Shown here piece by piece: positions 31,321-42,100 of a stretch of 54,191 nucleotides of DNA. The notes beneath the pieces were generated by a model. That model was given only the letters and a program-made list of their open reading frames with translations. It was not told the DNA's origin and searched no databases. The translations under genes and the position numbers were made by a program. Numbering within the stretch: position 1 is the stretch's first letter; the number at the start of each line of letters is the position of its first letter. The stretch comes from Acutalibacteraceae bacterium (GTDB taxonomy: Bacteria; Bacillota; Clostridia; Christensenellales; UBA1242), in the NCBI GenBank assembly GCA_963602035.1, contig CAVCHC010000003.1, positions 1 to 54,191 on the forward strand, written 5' to 3'.

Positions 31321-33186
31321 TTAATCGTGGTTGATTTTCTTTTTGACAAGAAGCAAGACGATTAAAAAGATGACGTTAAGGCCGACGAACACAAGGCCGA
31401 TAACTTGCAAAACCGTCCACGTGTCGCGCGCGAGGTCGTCGGTTAAGATGTAGCCAGTAACAAGGTCGCCCTCGGCGTTGTTATACGTGACTTTTAAAAA
31501 CTGCGCGTTGGTTTTTTGGCCGTCTTCGATTTTAACGCGAGTGTCTTTTGAAATGACGTCAAGAATTTCGCTGCTCGTTGAGGCCTGTGAATAAACTCGG
31601 GTTTCGCGCCGTGCCTTCGCGTTGCCAGTTATAAGGGTTTTGGTTTTGATGATGTTGGCAATGCGCGCCGTGTCAACAAAGCCCATCTGGCCGTCCTCAG
31701 TTTCAACAAGCAAGAATTTTGAGCCCGCGCCCAAGAAGTTGTCGTTACAAACACTGTCAACAATATAAAGGGTGGTTACGCCCGAAAAGGTTGCGCGTTT
31801 GGTGTTGACGTCATCAACAGACGTGCTTGGAAGGCTGAAAATGCTTGTGTTTGAAAAGACTTTGATAACGGTTTTAGAGTAAGTTGAGGCGCCAAGCGGG
31901 GTTAAACTGCTGGTTTTGATAAAGCCATAGTGGTTGCCCGTTTCGTTAGTGTAAAGGCAATAGGTAAACTCGTCAAACGCCGCGCTGCCGATTTTTATAG
32001 TGGCGATTTTAACCACGTGAGCGCCCGTTGGCACCGTTACGTCAGGCTCGCGAACAAAAGGTGAGGCAAACATCAAAGCGCCGTTTTCGGCCTTAAAATA
32101 GCCTAAATCGGTGATAGAAAGGTTGGTTTTTGTAAGCTCGTCGTTTTTAATGCGCGTGACGAACTCTAATGACGTGGCCGCGTCGTTTAATTTAACCTCG
32201 ATTACCTGTTGGTTGCCCGCGTCGGCTAAAAATGCGTCAGTGTCGCTGCCACCAAGGCGGATATTTGCGCTTGTTTCGCGCGAAATTTCCTGAGTTAAGG
32301 TTAGGGCAGTTGCAGAGCCGCTAAACAAAAGCGATTTTTTCGTGCCGATAATGGCAAGGTAAGTGCTTTCGCCTTGGGTTAGCCCGCGGATACCAACGAT
32401 TTCGTTGCCCGCCGTTACGCTTGATTTAACCTGCAAAATCTCGGCGCTTGAATAGGCATGAGATTGTATTTGAGGGTTAAATTCAACGTAATACGCCGAA
32501 GTTTTTGTGGCCGCGATTAAGTTTAAGCGCCCGGCCGTTTCGCTTGAAAGAAGGGCAAAATCTTGCACTTTTTCGCTTAAATCGAATTGGTGCGATTTGT
32601 CTATCGTGACGCGAGAACTTGAAAACGCCCATTGTGCGCCGTCTAAGATGACGTTAAGCACCTCAAATGAAGCGCCGTCAGTTTCATTAAACTTTGACAC
32701 CACGATGGTTTTGTTTTGCGCGTCAATCGCTTTAACCTTAAAGTCAATCGCGCCTTTAAGCGTTGTGTTTGAAGGCGTTGTTGAAGCGGATGAAAAACTT
32801 GCAATTTCGGTTAGGGTAGACGCGTCAAAAGCGGTCAATTTTTCGTCGTCAGCTGCGTTGGTTAAAACAAACAACAGGTCGCCCGATGCCGCGATTTGAC
32901 AAACTGAATTTAGCGCAAGTTTGTTGTTTGATTCTCTTAGCGCGTTGGTTTGTTTGTTGTACGCGCGAATTTCGCCAAGATAGTCGTCGTAAATAAAAAT
33001 GCAGGTGTTGTTGCTTGAAACGAACTTAGGCGAATAGATAAGGTCAAGGCTTGCGCTTGAAACAAGTTCGCCCGATTCGCCCACAGCACGGGCAGCGCTT
33101 TGGTTAGCGCCACCCGAAAGTGTAAGCGAAAAACACAACAGAACTAAACTTATTAAACTTAAAATTTTTCTAAATCGTGTTTTCAT
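31321..33186 (-). CDS. secreted, C-terminally membrane-anchored protein with three SH3b-like modules
   Basis: 621 aa from ATG 33186. Its AGGAGA RBS overlaps the stop codon of the giant gene (the ORF-track start 33225 would overlap that gene). The signal peptide is MKTRFRKILSLISLVLLCFSLTLSGG...ARA. A ~350-aa beta-rich region follows. Three segments match the bacterial SH3 pattern, for example RRETRVYSQASTSSEILDVISKDTRVKIEDG...FLKVTY...VTGYILTDDL. The C-terminal TM is VLQVIGLVFVGLNVIFLIVLLLV plus KKK. Confidence 0.65.
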   Translation of the reverse strand: MKTRFRKILSLISLVLLCFSLTLSGGANQSAARAVGESGELVSSASLDLIYSPKFVSSNNTCIFIYDDYLGEIRAYNKQTNALRESNNKLALNSVCQIAASGDLLFVLTNAADDEKLTAFDASTLTEIASFSSASTTPSNTTLKGAIDFKVKAIDAQNKTIVVSKFNETDGASFEVLNVILDGAQWAFSSSRVTIDKSHQFDLSEKVQDFALLSSETAGRLNLIAATKTSAYYVEFNPQIQSHAYSSAEILQVKSSVTAGNEIVGIRGLTQGESTYLAIIGTKKSLLFSGSATALTLTQEISRETSANIRLGGSDTDAFLADAGNQQVIEVKLNDAATSLEFVTRIKNDELTKTNLSITDLGYFKAENGALMFASPFVREPDVTVPTGAHVVKIATIKIGSAAFDEFTYCLYTNETGNHYGFIKTSSLTPLGASTYSKTVIKVFSNTSIFSLPSTSVDDVNTKRATFSGVTTLYIVDSVCNDNFLGAGSKFLLVETEDGQMGFVDTARIANIIKTKTLITGNAKARRETRVYSQASTSSEILDVISKDTRVKIEDGQKTNAQFLKVTYNNAEGDLVTGYILTDDLARDTWTVLQVIGLVFVGLNVIFLIVLLLVKKKINHD

Positions 33187-33194
33187 AATTTCTC

Positions 33195-36100
33195 CTAAGG
33201 TTTCATTTTTAGCATTTGCGTCCACTCGTATTGAGCGGATACTTGGGCAATCAGGCTTGACCCGACCGCGATTATTGCGCCCGCGCCAAGGCCAATAGCG
33301 GAGGCGATGGCTGCAATTTTGCCTGCTGCGGCCAGCTTACCAAGAAGTGGCGCAAGAGGCGGACATTTAGCAACAATAGCAACCACGGCGATAACTCCAA
33401 GCGCAACCAATGCACCTTTCATTATGTCACCCGCAACTTCTGCCCACTCGCCAGTTGGCACGTTGCCTTGCCAGAACGGAAGCACCATTGCTGCAATTTG
33501 TTTTTGGGTGTTGATTGTAATGTTGCTTACAATCGCGCCGCCGTTAAGGTCAACGATGTTTCTGCCCATTGGCGCAACAAGGCCAACAAGGTCAGTTACA
33601 AACGTGCCCGTAAACATTGTGCCGCAAGTAAAGATTGATGAAAGGAAGTTGCTAAGTTTTTGCCAGTTGTTTGGCGTTTGTTCGTTGGTTTCTTGGCTGT
33701 ATGAAAGCGTGTCACTGTTAGAGTAGGTAAGGGTAAGCGCGCCAAGTTTTTCAATATGTTCATATCCAAGGCTGGCCTCGTTATAGTATAGATACGGCCT
33801 TATTGCCTTTTTAACGCTGCCGTTTTTGTTAAACGTAAGATTTTGTTGAGGCTGGAACTTAGCGGCCAGCTCTACGTGCGTAACAGCGCAGTCGCCACTG
33901 TTAAGATAGAACGACGTGAAGTTTTCGCTTGTGATAGGCTGATAGAAATCGCCATCAGGGCAAACCAACGCCTCACAGTCATTAGCAATCTGGGTGTAAA
34001 GGTCAACCGCGCGCGTGTTGTTTTCAATCAGCTCGTCAACCAACTCTGTTGCCGATTTTGACACATACGTGCCCGTGAACCAGCCAAACACGTCAATCAC
34101 GCGAATTTTAAGCATCTTTGAAAGGTCAAAGGTTGGTTCAACGCTTGTGTAGTTTCGTAAAATGTTGTTGATAGTTGGGATAAAGTCTTGATAGTTAGCA
34201 ATCCCCGCGCTTTCAATCTCGCTTGAATACTCGCGAAGCATTGCGTCATAACTTATCCCCGTGCCTAGATAAAACTCAAACAATCCGCGCCCGTTAAGCT
34301 TAGATTTTTCGTTGATAGATTTAAAGGTATCCGTTTTTGCAAACGTTTGAAGAATTTCAAGCATTGTGGTGATTTGTTGCATCGTTATAGTTTCTCTTCT
34401 TGCGCCTGCAACTGCAAGTGCGTCAGTTAGTTTATCAATAACGAACGCGCCGTTTTCAAGGACGTAAATCGTGTAACTTGAAAGGTTGTTTTGAATGTAA
34501 CGAATGTTTTCGCTTGACCCGCGCGACGTCATTATAATCGACTTGCCCGAAGTGCTTGATACCTTTGCTACAAGTTTAGTGGCCTCGCGTGCGTATAAAA
34601 GTTTAAGCGTAAAGTTACAGTCAGAGAACTTAAACGTTGGGTCAGTTAAAAGTTTGCTGCTAGCAAACGCGCGGTTATAGAAGCCCGAAATTAAGCTGAT
34701 GTCGCGGTTAGAGTTTCTGTCATACATTGAAACGTCGTCAAGGCCGTTGGCTTCAAGCAAGGCTTGCAGTTTTTTGATGTAATCACTGTCGTCAAAGGTA
34801 AACGGCGTTATGGTTGTGTCGCGCTTGGTGTTGCCCGCAAGGTCAGTGTAGGTTGGGCTAGATAGGTTAACCTTAACGGTAGGGAAGCCTGACTTAGGCA
34901 GAGCACTAACAACATAATTTACGCGCCAGTTAGCAATGGTTTTTTGCGCCTCGGTTAGGTTTTCTGCGTCAATTACCTCGCCGCCGATATTAGCGCTTAC
35001 AACGGTCATCGTGCCGTCAGCGCCGCGCTCTATGTTTAAGATGTCGCCATCGCTGTTGATTGGGTAGGCCGTTGGTTTTAAGTCATTAATATCAAGATAT
35101 TTTTTGTTGTTAAGCGAAATTTGGATAAGCCCGCGTTTGATGGTTGTTTGAGGCCCGTTGATAGTGTTGGTTTCAAAATAATAGCCATAGTTGCTTGGTA
35201 CCGACGAGTTAAACAACGTTATGTTGGTTTCGCGATAGAAGTTAGACGAGTTTAACGTAACTGTTTGCATAATCGCGTTGCCCTCATCGTCAATCTTGCC
35301 CGTTGAATAGCTGTTAGGGATGATTTCAATCTTGTCTTTGGTGCGGTCTTCAAACTTGCGATAAACGTATTCGCCCGTTTTATATTTAAGGTAATATTTA
35401 ACAACTGGCTCGCCGTTTGCGTCAACGATAGGGTTGCCACTTTCGTCGGTTACGGCTTCTGGGATAAGCGACCTTTCAACGCTGATTAAACTTGATTTAA
35501 CGCGCTGGAAGGATGAAAGACGGTTACCGTTTTCGTCAAACATCGTTTCGATAAAGCGGGTGACTTTGTCTTCGCCCTCGGTGTCTATGATTGAAACGAA
35601 CGAGGTTTGGTTAACTTGGTCACGGTTAACGTCAGTAGCAACGTCAACCTCTTCGATTTCAAAGCTTATAACATAGCTCATTGGGGCAAAGTATGCGCCA
35701 ACCACAATTTTATCGTTTACTGGATAAACGTAAAGATTGTTTCGCGCGTTTTCAGGGTTAACTAAGAATAACTGAGTTTTGCCTTGCTCGCTGCGGTCAA
35801 ACCTTAACTTGTCTATCTTTGAATCGGCATAGATGGCCTTGATTTCGTCAATCGTTTTAGGCTCATTGCCGCCGTCCGTGTAAAAGATTTCGTCAGTATA
35901 ATTGTCACTTGCCCAGCCGATAAACTGACTGAACGGATAGGTTTTGGTTGAGATTATCGCTGGCTCGCCGTCTGCTACGATTGAAATAGTTGAGGTTGAA
36001 AGGCGGCCGCTTGACGAGGTTGGGTCATTATCCAAATCAACGCCCGCAAGACGCTGTCCTTCAAGCGCTGACTTATCATTGCTGTTTTTAGCAATCAAGT

Positions 36101-39100
36101 CGTTATAGGTGTTTTGAAGGTCGTCAGTTAGGTTTTTAAGGCGAACTTCAACCTGAATAAGTGCCTTTTCATAAAGCGCGATAACTTGCATATCGCCAGC
36201 AACAACGCTGTCAAGAGTGTAAGTATGGGTGTCTTCGTCGTACTTGATTGATTGAAGGTCATTGCTTACGCCATAAAGATATGGGATAACTTTATAACTG
36301 ATGTAAGAATTTTCTTCTTCAAGTTTTTTGCCCTCTGCAAACGGGTTAATTGTGTTTGTTGAGGCGCTGTTAATTATAACAAAGCCTTTAAAGAACCAGT
36401 TGCTGTTGGTTGATTTTGCGCTAAGCGTAAGAGTTGAACCAACACGAACATAGTCCTGACTGATAAAGTTAAGCGCTTGGTTTTCGCCGTTAATCTTTTG
36501 CGTAAAGGCTTTTGCGTTTTGCGTTGAGGTTACCGACAAGCTGTCACTATATTTATCAGTTATGGTTGAACTGATGCCCATTTGAAGTTGGTTAAACCTT
36601 GAAATAAGGTTAGATATGTCTTTCTTGGTGGCGGACTTATCCGCAATAAGCGCGGTAAGTTCGTCATAAAGCGATTTAAAGCGGTTTACCACGTAGCCCG
36701 TGCGATTACTTAAACTGTTAAGCGTTGGGGTGGTGTAGCCCGCCGTTAACGTGATGTTGCCAAGTTGCTCGGTTATAAACTTTAAGCCGTTTTCAGTGAA
36801 GTTGCCATCGTCGGCTGAAATCTGGTCATCAGGCTTGTTTGTTTGCCTTGAAGAGATGATTGCTTGGATGGTTTCTTCGTCTTCGTCAAGCGTGTTTTGG
36901 TCTTTAAAGTAATAATAGGTTAGGTTGCTTGACGATGTTTCGCCCGGCTTGTTGCCTCTTATCAAGTTGTTGTTTCGGTCAAGGATGTCAAGGATAGTTG
37001 ACGTGTTAGACTTAAACACAAAACTTGTTTCGGTGTTAGGCGTAAGCGCATCAATGCCAAACGTGGTGCCGCTTGACGTGTTAGGGCTAAGGATGCCATT
37101 GGTTATTGAACTTAACGCGTCGGAAGCGGAAATTGCGGCGTTGATGTATTTGCGGTTAAAGCTGAATATGCCAGCATAGTCAGCAACAAACGACATGTTT
37201 TGTTTTGCAATGTATGTGTAAGTTGAAACGCTGTCTACGTCGCCGCCAAAGCTTACAAGCGCCGAAACGTCGCCAAAACTTTTAGCACGCGTTATCGTTT
37301 TCCAATCGGTCAAAGATACGCCGGTAACACCTGTGTCTGCCAGGCGATAGGTAAAGCCGCCCGCGCCGATACTTTCGTAAACAAGTGCGTCGTAATAATA
37401 TTCGCCGTCAGTTACCTTTGTAACAAGAGGCCAGGTTGAATAGCCAATCGTGTTAAATGGCAGGTTTTTAGTTGGCGCGTCGATGGTAACAACGTCGCCT
37501 TCTTCAACCCAAATCTGGATAAAGATTTGTGAAAGCGGGTCACTTGCGTTTGACGCGTGGCCTTTTCCTGCCTTGCGGACTTCTTCAAGTTCAAGGCCGT
37601 TAACGCGAATTGTAAGGGTAATGTCGTCAACCTTGTCATTGTTGTCAGCAAGCAGGGCATAGATGAACTGAACGCTAAACATTTGCGTTGCGTTAAGGTT
37701 AAGCGCCTGATTTTGATAGAACTCGCTTAAATTAACGATGGCAAATGGGTTGTTGCTGCCGCCTTTAACGTACGTGTAGCCAGACAAGATGTTGCCGTTG
37801 CCGCCCGTAAAGTTTTTAAACTTATACATTACGTCCGTGCCGCTTGCGTCAACGCTTAATGCCTGATAAGGCTTGCCCGCACTTGCTTGGGTAAAGCGCG
37901 CGTCCCCGATATAGAACGTATCTTCTTTTTCAACCGATGCGATTGAATAGGTGATTGTTATGTACGTCTTCCCGTCAATCGTTTCAGTTTGAACGTAAGC
38001 GCGGCGAACATCACCGTCTTTGGTGGTAAGGTCAAACGTTTTAGTGTCAGCAAGGATGCTTAGAACGCTGTTAGTATTGTCTTTATCTTTGCCAAGATAG
38101 ATATTGTCGTTGTTATTCGATAGGTCATAGTTCATCGAAACGATAATCTTTCTTACCTCTTCGTTAAACTTTGCATAAACCTCGGTAACGTCTTCGTAGG
38201 CATTTGGGTTAAACGCGCCGTTTTTGGTTATAAGCGCGCCCGTTTTGGCGTTATACCAGCCCTCAAAAATCCAATAGCCGTTGCCCTTTGCGTTTAAAAC
38301 AAGGTTGTCGTTAGCAAAGTATTCAAGCGTTTTGATTGTGAACGCGTCCGCCAAAAAGTCAGTAGTTTCAACATCGTCGCTTGACCCGTTGGCTGATTTT
38401 AATGCCGTTTTGGTTATAAGCAGGCCAAGGGTAGGGGTGTTAAATTTTGACTTATAGTTATCTTTGCCAGCGCCGTTTAAGCGGGTTTTGCCCTCGCTGT
38501 CAAACAAGCCAAACGAAACGTCGACCTTTTTCTTTTGGTTAAAGGTTGCGATTATCGTAAAGTTGTTGTTTGATTTAAACACCTCTGAGAACTTGTCGCC
38601 ATTATCTGGAATAACGGTGTTGTTGTAATAAAAGCCTAAGAACTTATCATCAATTTTATCTTGATTATCTGGGTTAGTGTCAAAGCCAAGTTCGCCTTCG
38701 GTGTCAGGCAGCAGTCTTTGAATGGTAGACCCAACAAGATAATAATATAAAACAGGAATTAAAGTCCTTGTTCCGTTAATATAATCTTGAACGTGATTGA
38801 TGCCTTCTTGGCCTTCTATCGTGCCGTCATAGTAATAATATGCGTCGGTGTAAAGCAGGTAATGCTTAGGTGCGGTGCCATCGTCTTTGCCAAGCGTACG
38901 CCCGTCATAAACGTCAAGCGTTATAACCTTAACAAAAAGGGCAGTAACTTTAACGTCGTGAACATCATCGTCGTTAGCAAACGCAAATTCAAGGGTAACG
39001 TCAGTGATGTAAGTTTGCTCAAACTTGCTTTGGTCAGGGTCGCTAAATTTTGGCGTTACAACCGCGTTAGGGATGCCGTTAAAGCCTTCGCTGTAATTAA

Positions 39101-42100
39101 CCTTATAATACTGGTCGTCAACTATAAGCCCGGCGATTCGGTAACCCTCTTGCGCCTTGATTTCAACGGTTTTGTGTTGAACGGTGTCAGTATCGGTGGT
39201 GGTTTCTTTAACGTTGATGTCGCCGTTGTTGGTTGGGTCATTTGCGTTATCTATCGCGATGTTAAAGGCTTTCATAAACACGGCCTTAACTGTAACATTG
39301 CCATAAAGCGCGATGAACGGAATGTTTCTGTGGTGATAATAAGTGCGCGTGATTTCGGCGCCGTTTGAAAGGTGAGTTGTTACCTCGTATCTAGCAAGGA
39401 AGTATCCTTCGTTTGGTTTTGCGATAGTTAAGATGTTATCAAAAGCAAAGGTTTTGTCAGTTGACGTTGCGTCGGTGTTAGGGTAGGTTTTTATCGACCC
39501 TTTGGTTGCGTCAAAGTCAAAATCAATATCGTTGCTTGGGCTTGGGGTTTGTGTTGCGTCGTAAGAGTCAGCTAAGGTATTGTCTTTGCTTTCGGTTGAG
39601 TTATCGTTATCGCCGTTATCACTTACGCGCGATTCGGTTGTTTTTGGGTTAATAATCGTGCCGACTTTGATGGTTTTAACAATGCGGATGGTTGAAACGG
39701 TTGGGTCGTTTGCGCCTGAAACAAGTTCATAACCGTCAACGGCCGTGATATTAAGCGTGCCATCAACCGCGGTGTAGATAGTGATGTCGCCATTCTCATT
39801 AATCTCGGTGTAAACAGGGCTAGGTGATGACGACGCTGGGCTGGTTGAGAACGTAAAGTTAAATGAGCCCGCGTGCGTTGTACCGTTGCGCTTGATTATC
39901 GTTTTGTGCGCCTTAACAAATACTGCAAAGACGTCATAGTATTCCATATTCTCGGCGCCAATGGTAAGCGAGTTTGAAAATGGCATATAGTGATAATTTT
40001 CGGCGTCTTCGCCAACCACGTATTTAAGCCCCGCAACCCAGCCGATAAACAAGTACCCGGCCTTAATAGCGGCGTTATAGTTTACGCCATAGCTGGTTAT
40101 CGCGCCCGATTCGCCGTTGGTTTCTTGGGTTAGATAGTCGCCAGCAAGTGGGGTATAGGTTGTGCCGTCTGGGATAAGCCCCGTGCTGTCCTCAACAAGG
40201 ACGGTTTTAGGCCTTGGGCTGTAATTGAATGGGCCAACGTCGGTTACCGTTGCGTCACACAAGCAGTAATACGTTTTGTCTTCAAGAGGCAAGATGGTAA
40301 GTTTTGAATTTGTTGAATAATATGCATACAAGCGATTGGTGCCATCTGCGTTTGCAAGCGCCCACGCCTTAAAGTCAGCAGGGGCGGTTAGCGTTGCCTC
40401 AACGCCATAAGGATATGTGTTAGTAAAGCGATTTACAAGGTTGCCATTTCGGTCATACGCCTCAACATTTATATTAACCGTTTTTGTATAGCGCGCCTCG
40501 ATAATGATGTTGCCATAATCGTCGCCATAATTATCTATAAGGGTTGAGCCGTCAAACGTGGCATTTTCGTCGTTTGAAATTAAGACGTATTCGCCATTTT
40601 TGTTTTTAGCATAATACCCTAAAAAGACGCTGCCGCCTGAACTGGTAAGCGTGATTGTTTCGCCAGCGCCTACCGTTGTTGGGCATCCCGCAAACGAAAC
40701 TTCGCCGCCGCCCATATTTACGCCAATCATATTAAGCGTGTATTCAAGGCCATAAACGGCTTCGATTTTATAATCAAAGCATTCTTCGCCACCCGTTTCG
40801 CCGATAAAGTATCTAACGACGTCAGCGGTGTCTGCCTTGCCAGTGCCGTCGGTTATAAACTCGCCGTCGCCGCCATTTTTTGTAACCTTAAAGCCTAAGA
40901 ACTTAAAGCCTGCGTATCTGCTTGCGGTTAACGCGATATAGCTGTAAAGGTATGCCGCATCGTGGCTGCCGGTGCTTACGCCTTTGCCTAGCGGAATTTG
41001 AAGAATTTTAACTTGACCGTCAACAAGGTTATTAAGATACAGGTTAGCGGTAATGCTGTCATTAAACGTTTTGGTTGAGTTAGCGTTGCCGCCGATAAGC
41101 GTTTTAGTAAACGTGATGTTTGCAACCTGAGCATAGCGCGCTTCGATAACCGCGTCGTTGGTGTCTGGCTTAAACATCGCAACGTTATATGGGTCAGTGA
41201 TGGTGATGGTGTTGCCGTTAACGGTGACGCCAGTGAAGGTTGAGGCCTCTTTGCCATCAATGAACCAGCCGATGAATTTAAGGTGGCTGCGCATTTGTTC
41301 GCTTGCCGATTCGGTGTTGACATACGCGTTAGCAACGATGGTTGCCTTGCCTTTTTCAGTAAAGCCGAGTTGAACAAACTCTTTGCCTTCTTCGGTGTCG
41401 GCCGTGCCGTCAAGCGTTTTGCCGTCAAGGATAGAAGGGCTGTAATTTACGTTTATAACAACGTCTGTGCCCGTATAAAGATTGTCATTCATACGCCTGA
41501 AAAAGGTGGCGGTTCGACCTTGCGTAAAGTTAGCCGAAATTGTTGAATAGGTAAGGTTTGAAACCAAAACCTCATAGATTTCTTCATACGAGAAGGCGGA
41601 CGTGCCGCTGGTGTCGTTTGAATAGTATTGGAAGAAATATTTGTCTACATAGTTTTTGTCTACAATCGCGGTAATCTTAATCTTGCTTGAAGAGTCATTT
41701 AAAACGTTGATTGTTATGCTTGAACTGCTTCCAAGAGTTGTTTGAATGGTTTCGCCATAAACGTTGGTGTATTCAATCATAACGTCAAACTTGGTTTCGT
41801 TTGACGGACGATACGTGCCATCCGTGTTAAGGTTTTTAGAAATCGTTATGGTTTTGGTGAACGCAAACACTGCAACAAGGGTAATTTCGTTACTTGTATT
41901 AAGATGAGGGTTGTTGCCGTTGATAGCAAACTCAAATTCACTGTTGGTTGAAATCGGCGTGTTATCCGTATCGCCAAGATAATACCAGCCCTTAAAGGTA
42001 AGTTCGTTGTTAAATGTTGCCGAGATGTTAAGTTTTTCGCCCGCCAAGATGTTGGTTATTCTTGCGTAACTTGGGTTAGCCGAACCGTTATAAAGGATGG

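Noticed and set aside
38787-39368. 193-aa plus-strand ORF, and many other 60-230-aa ORFs in alternative frames within 33195-53879 (e.g. 50141-50821, 45312-45710, 40988-41428)
   Set aside because: All are embedded in the uninterrupted 20.7-kb frame. They have no RBS and give low-complexity products. Such ORFs are expected by chance in a long gene with biased codon usage.
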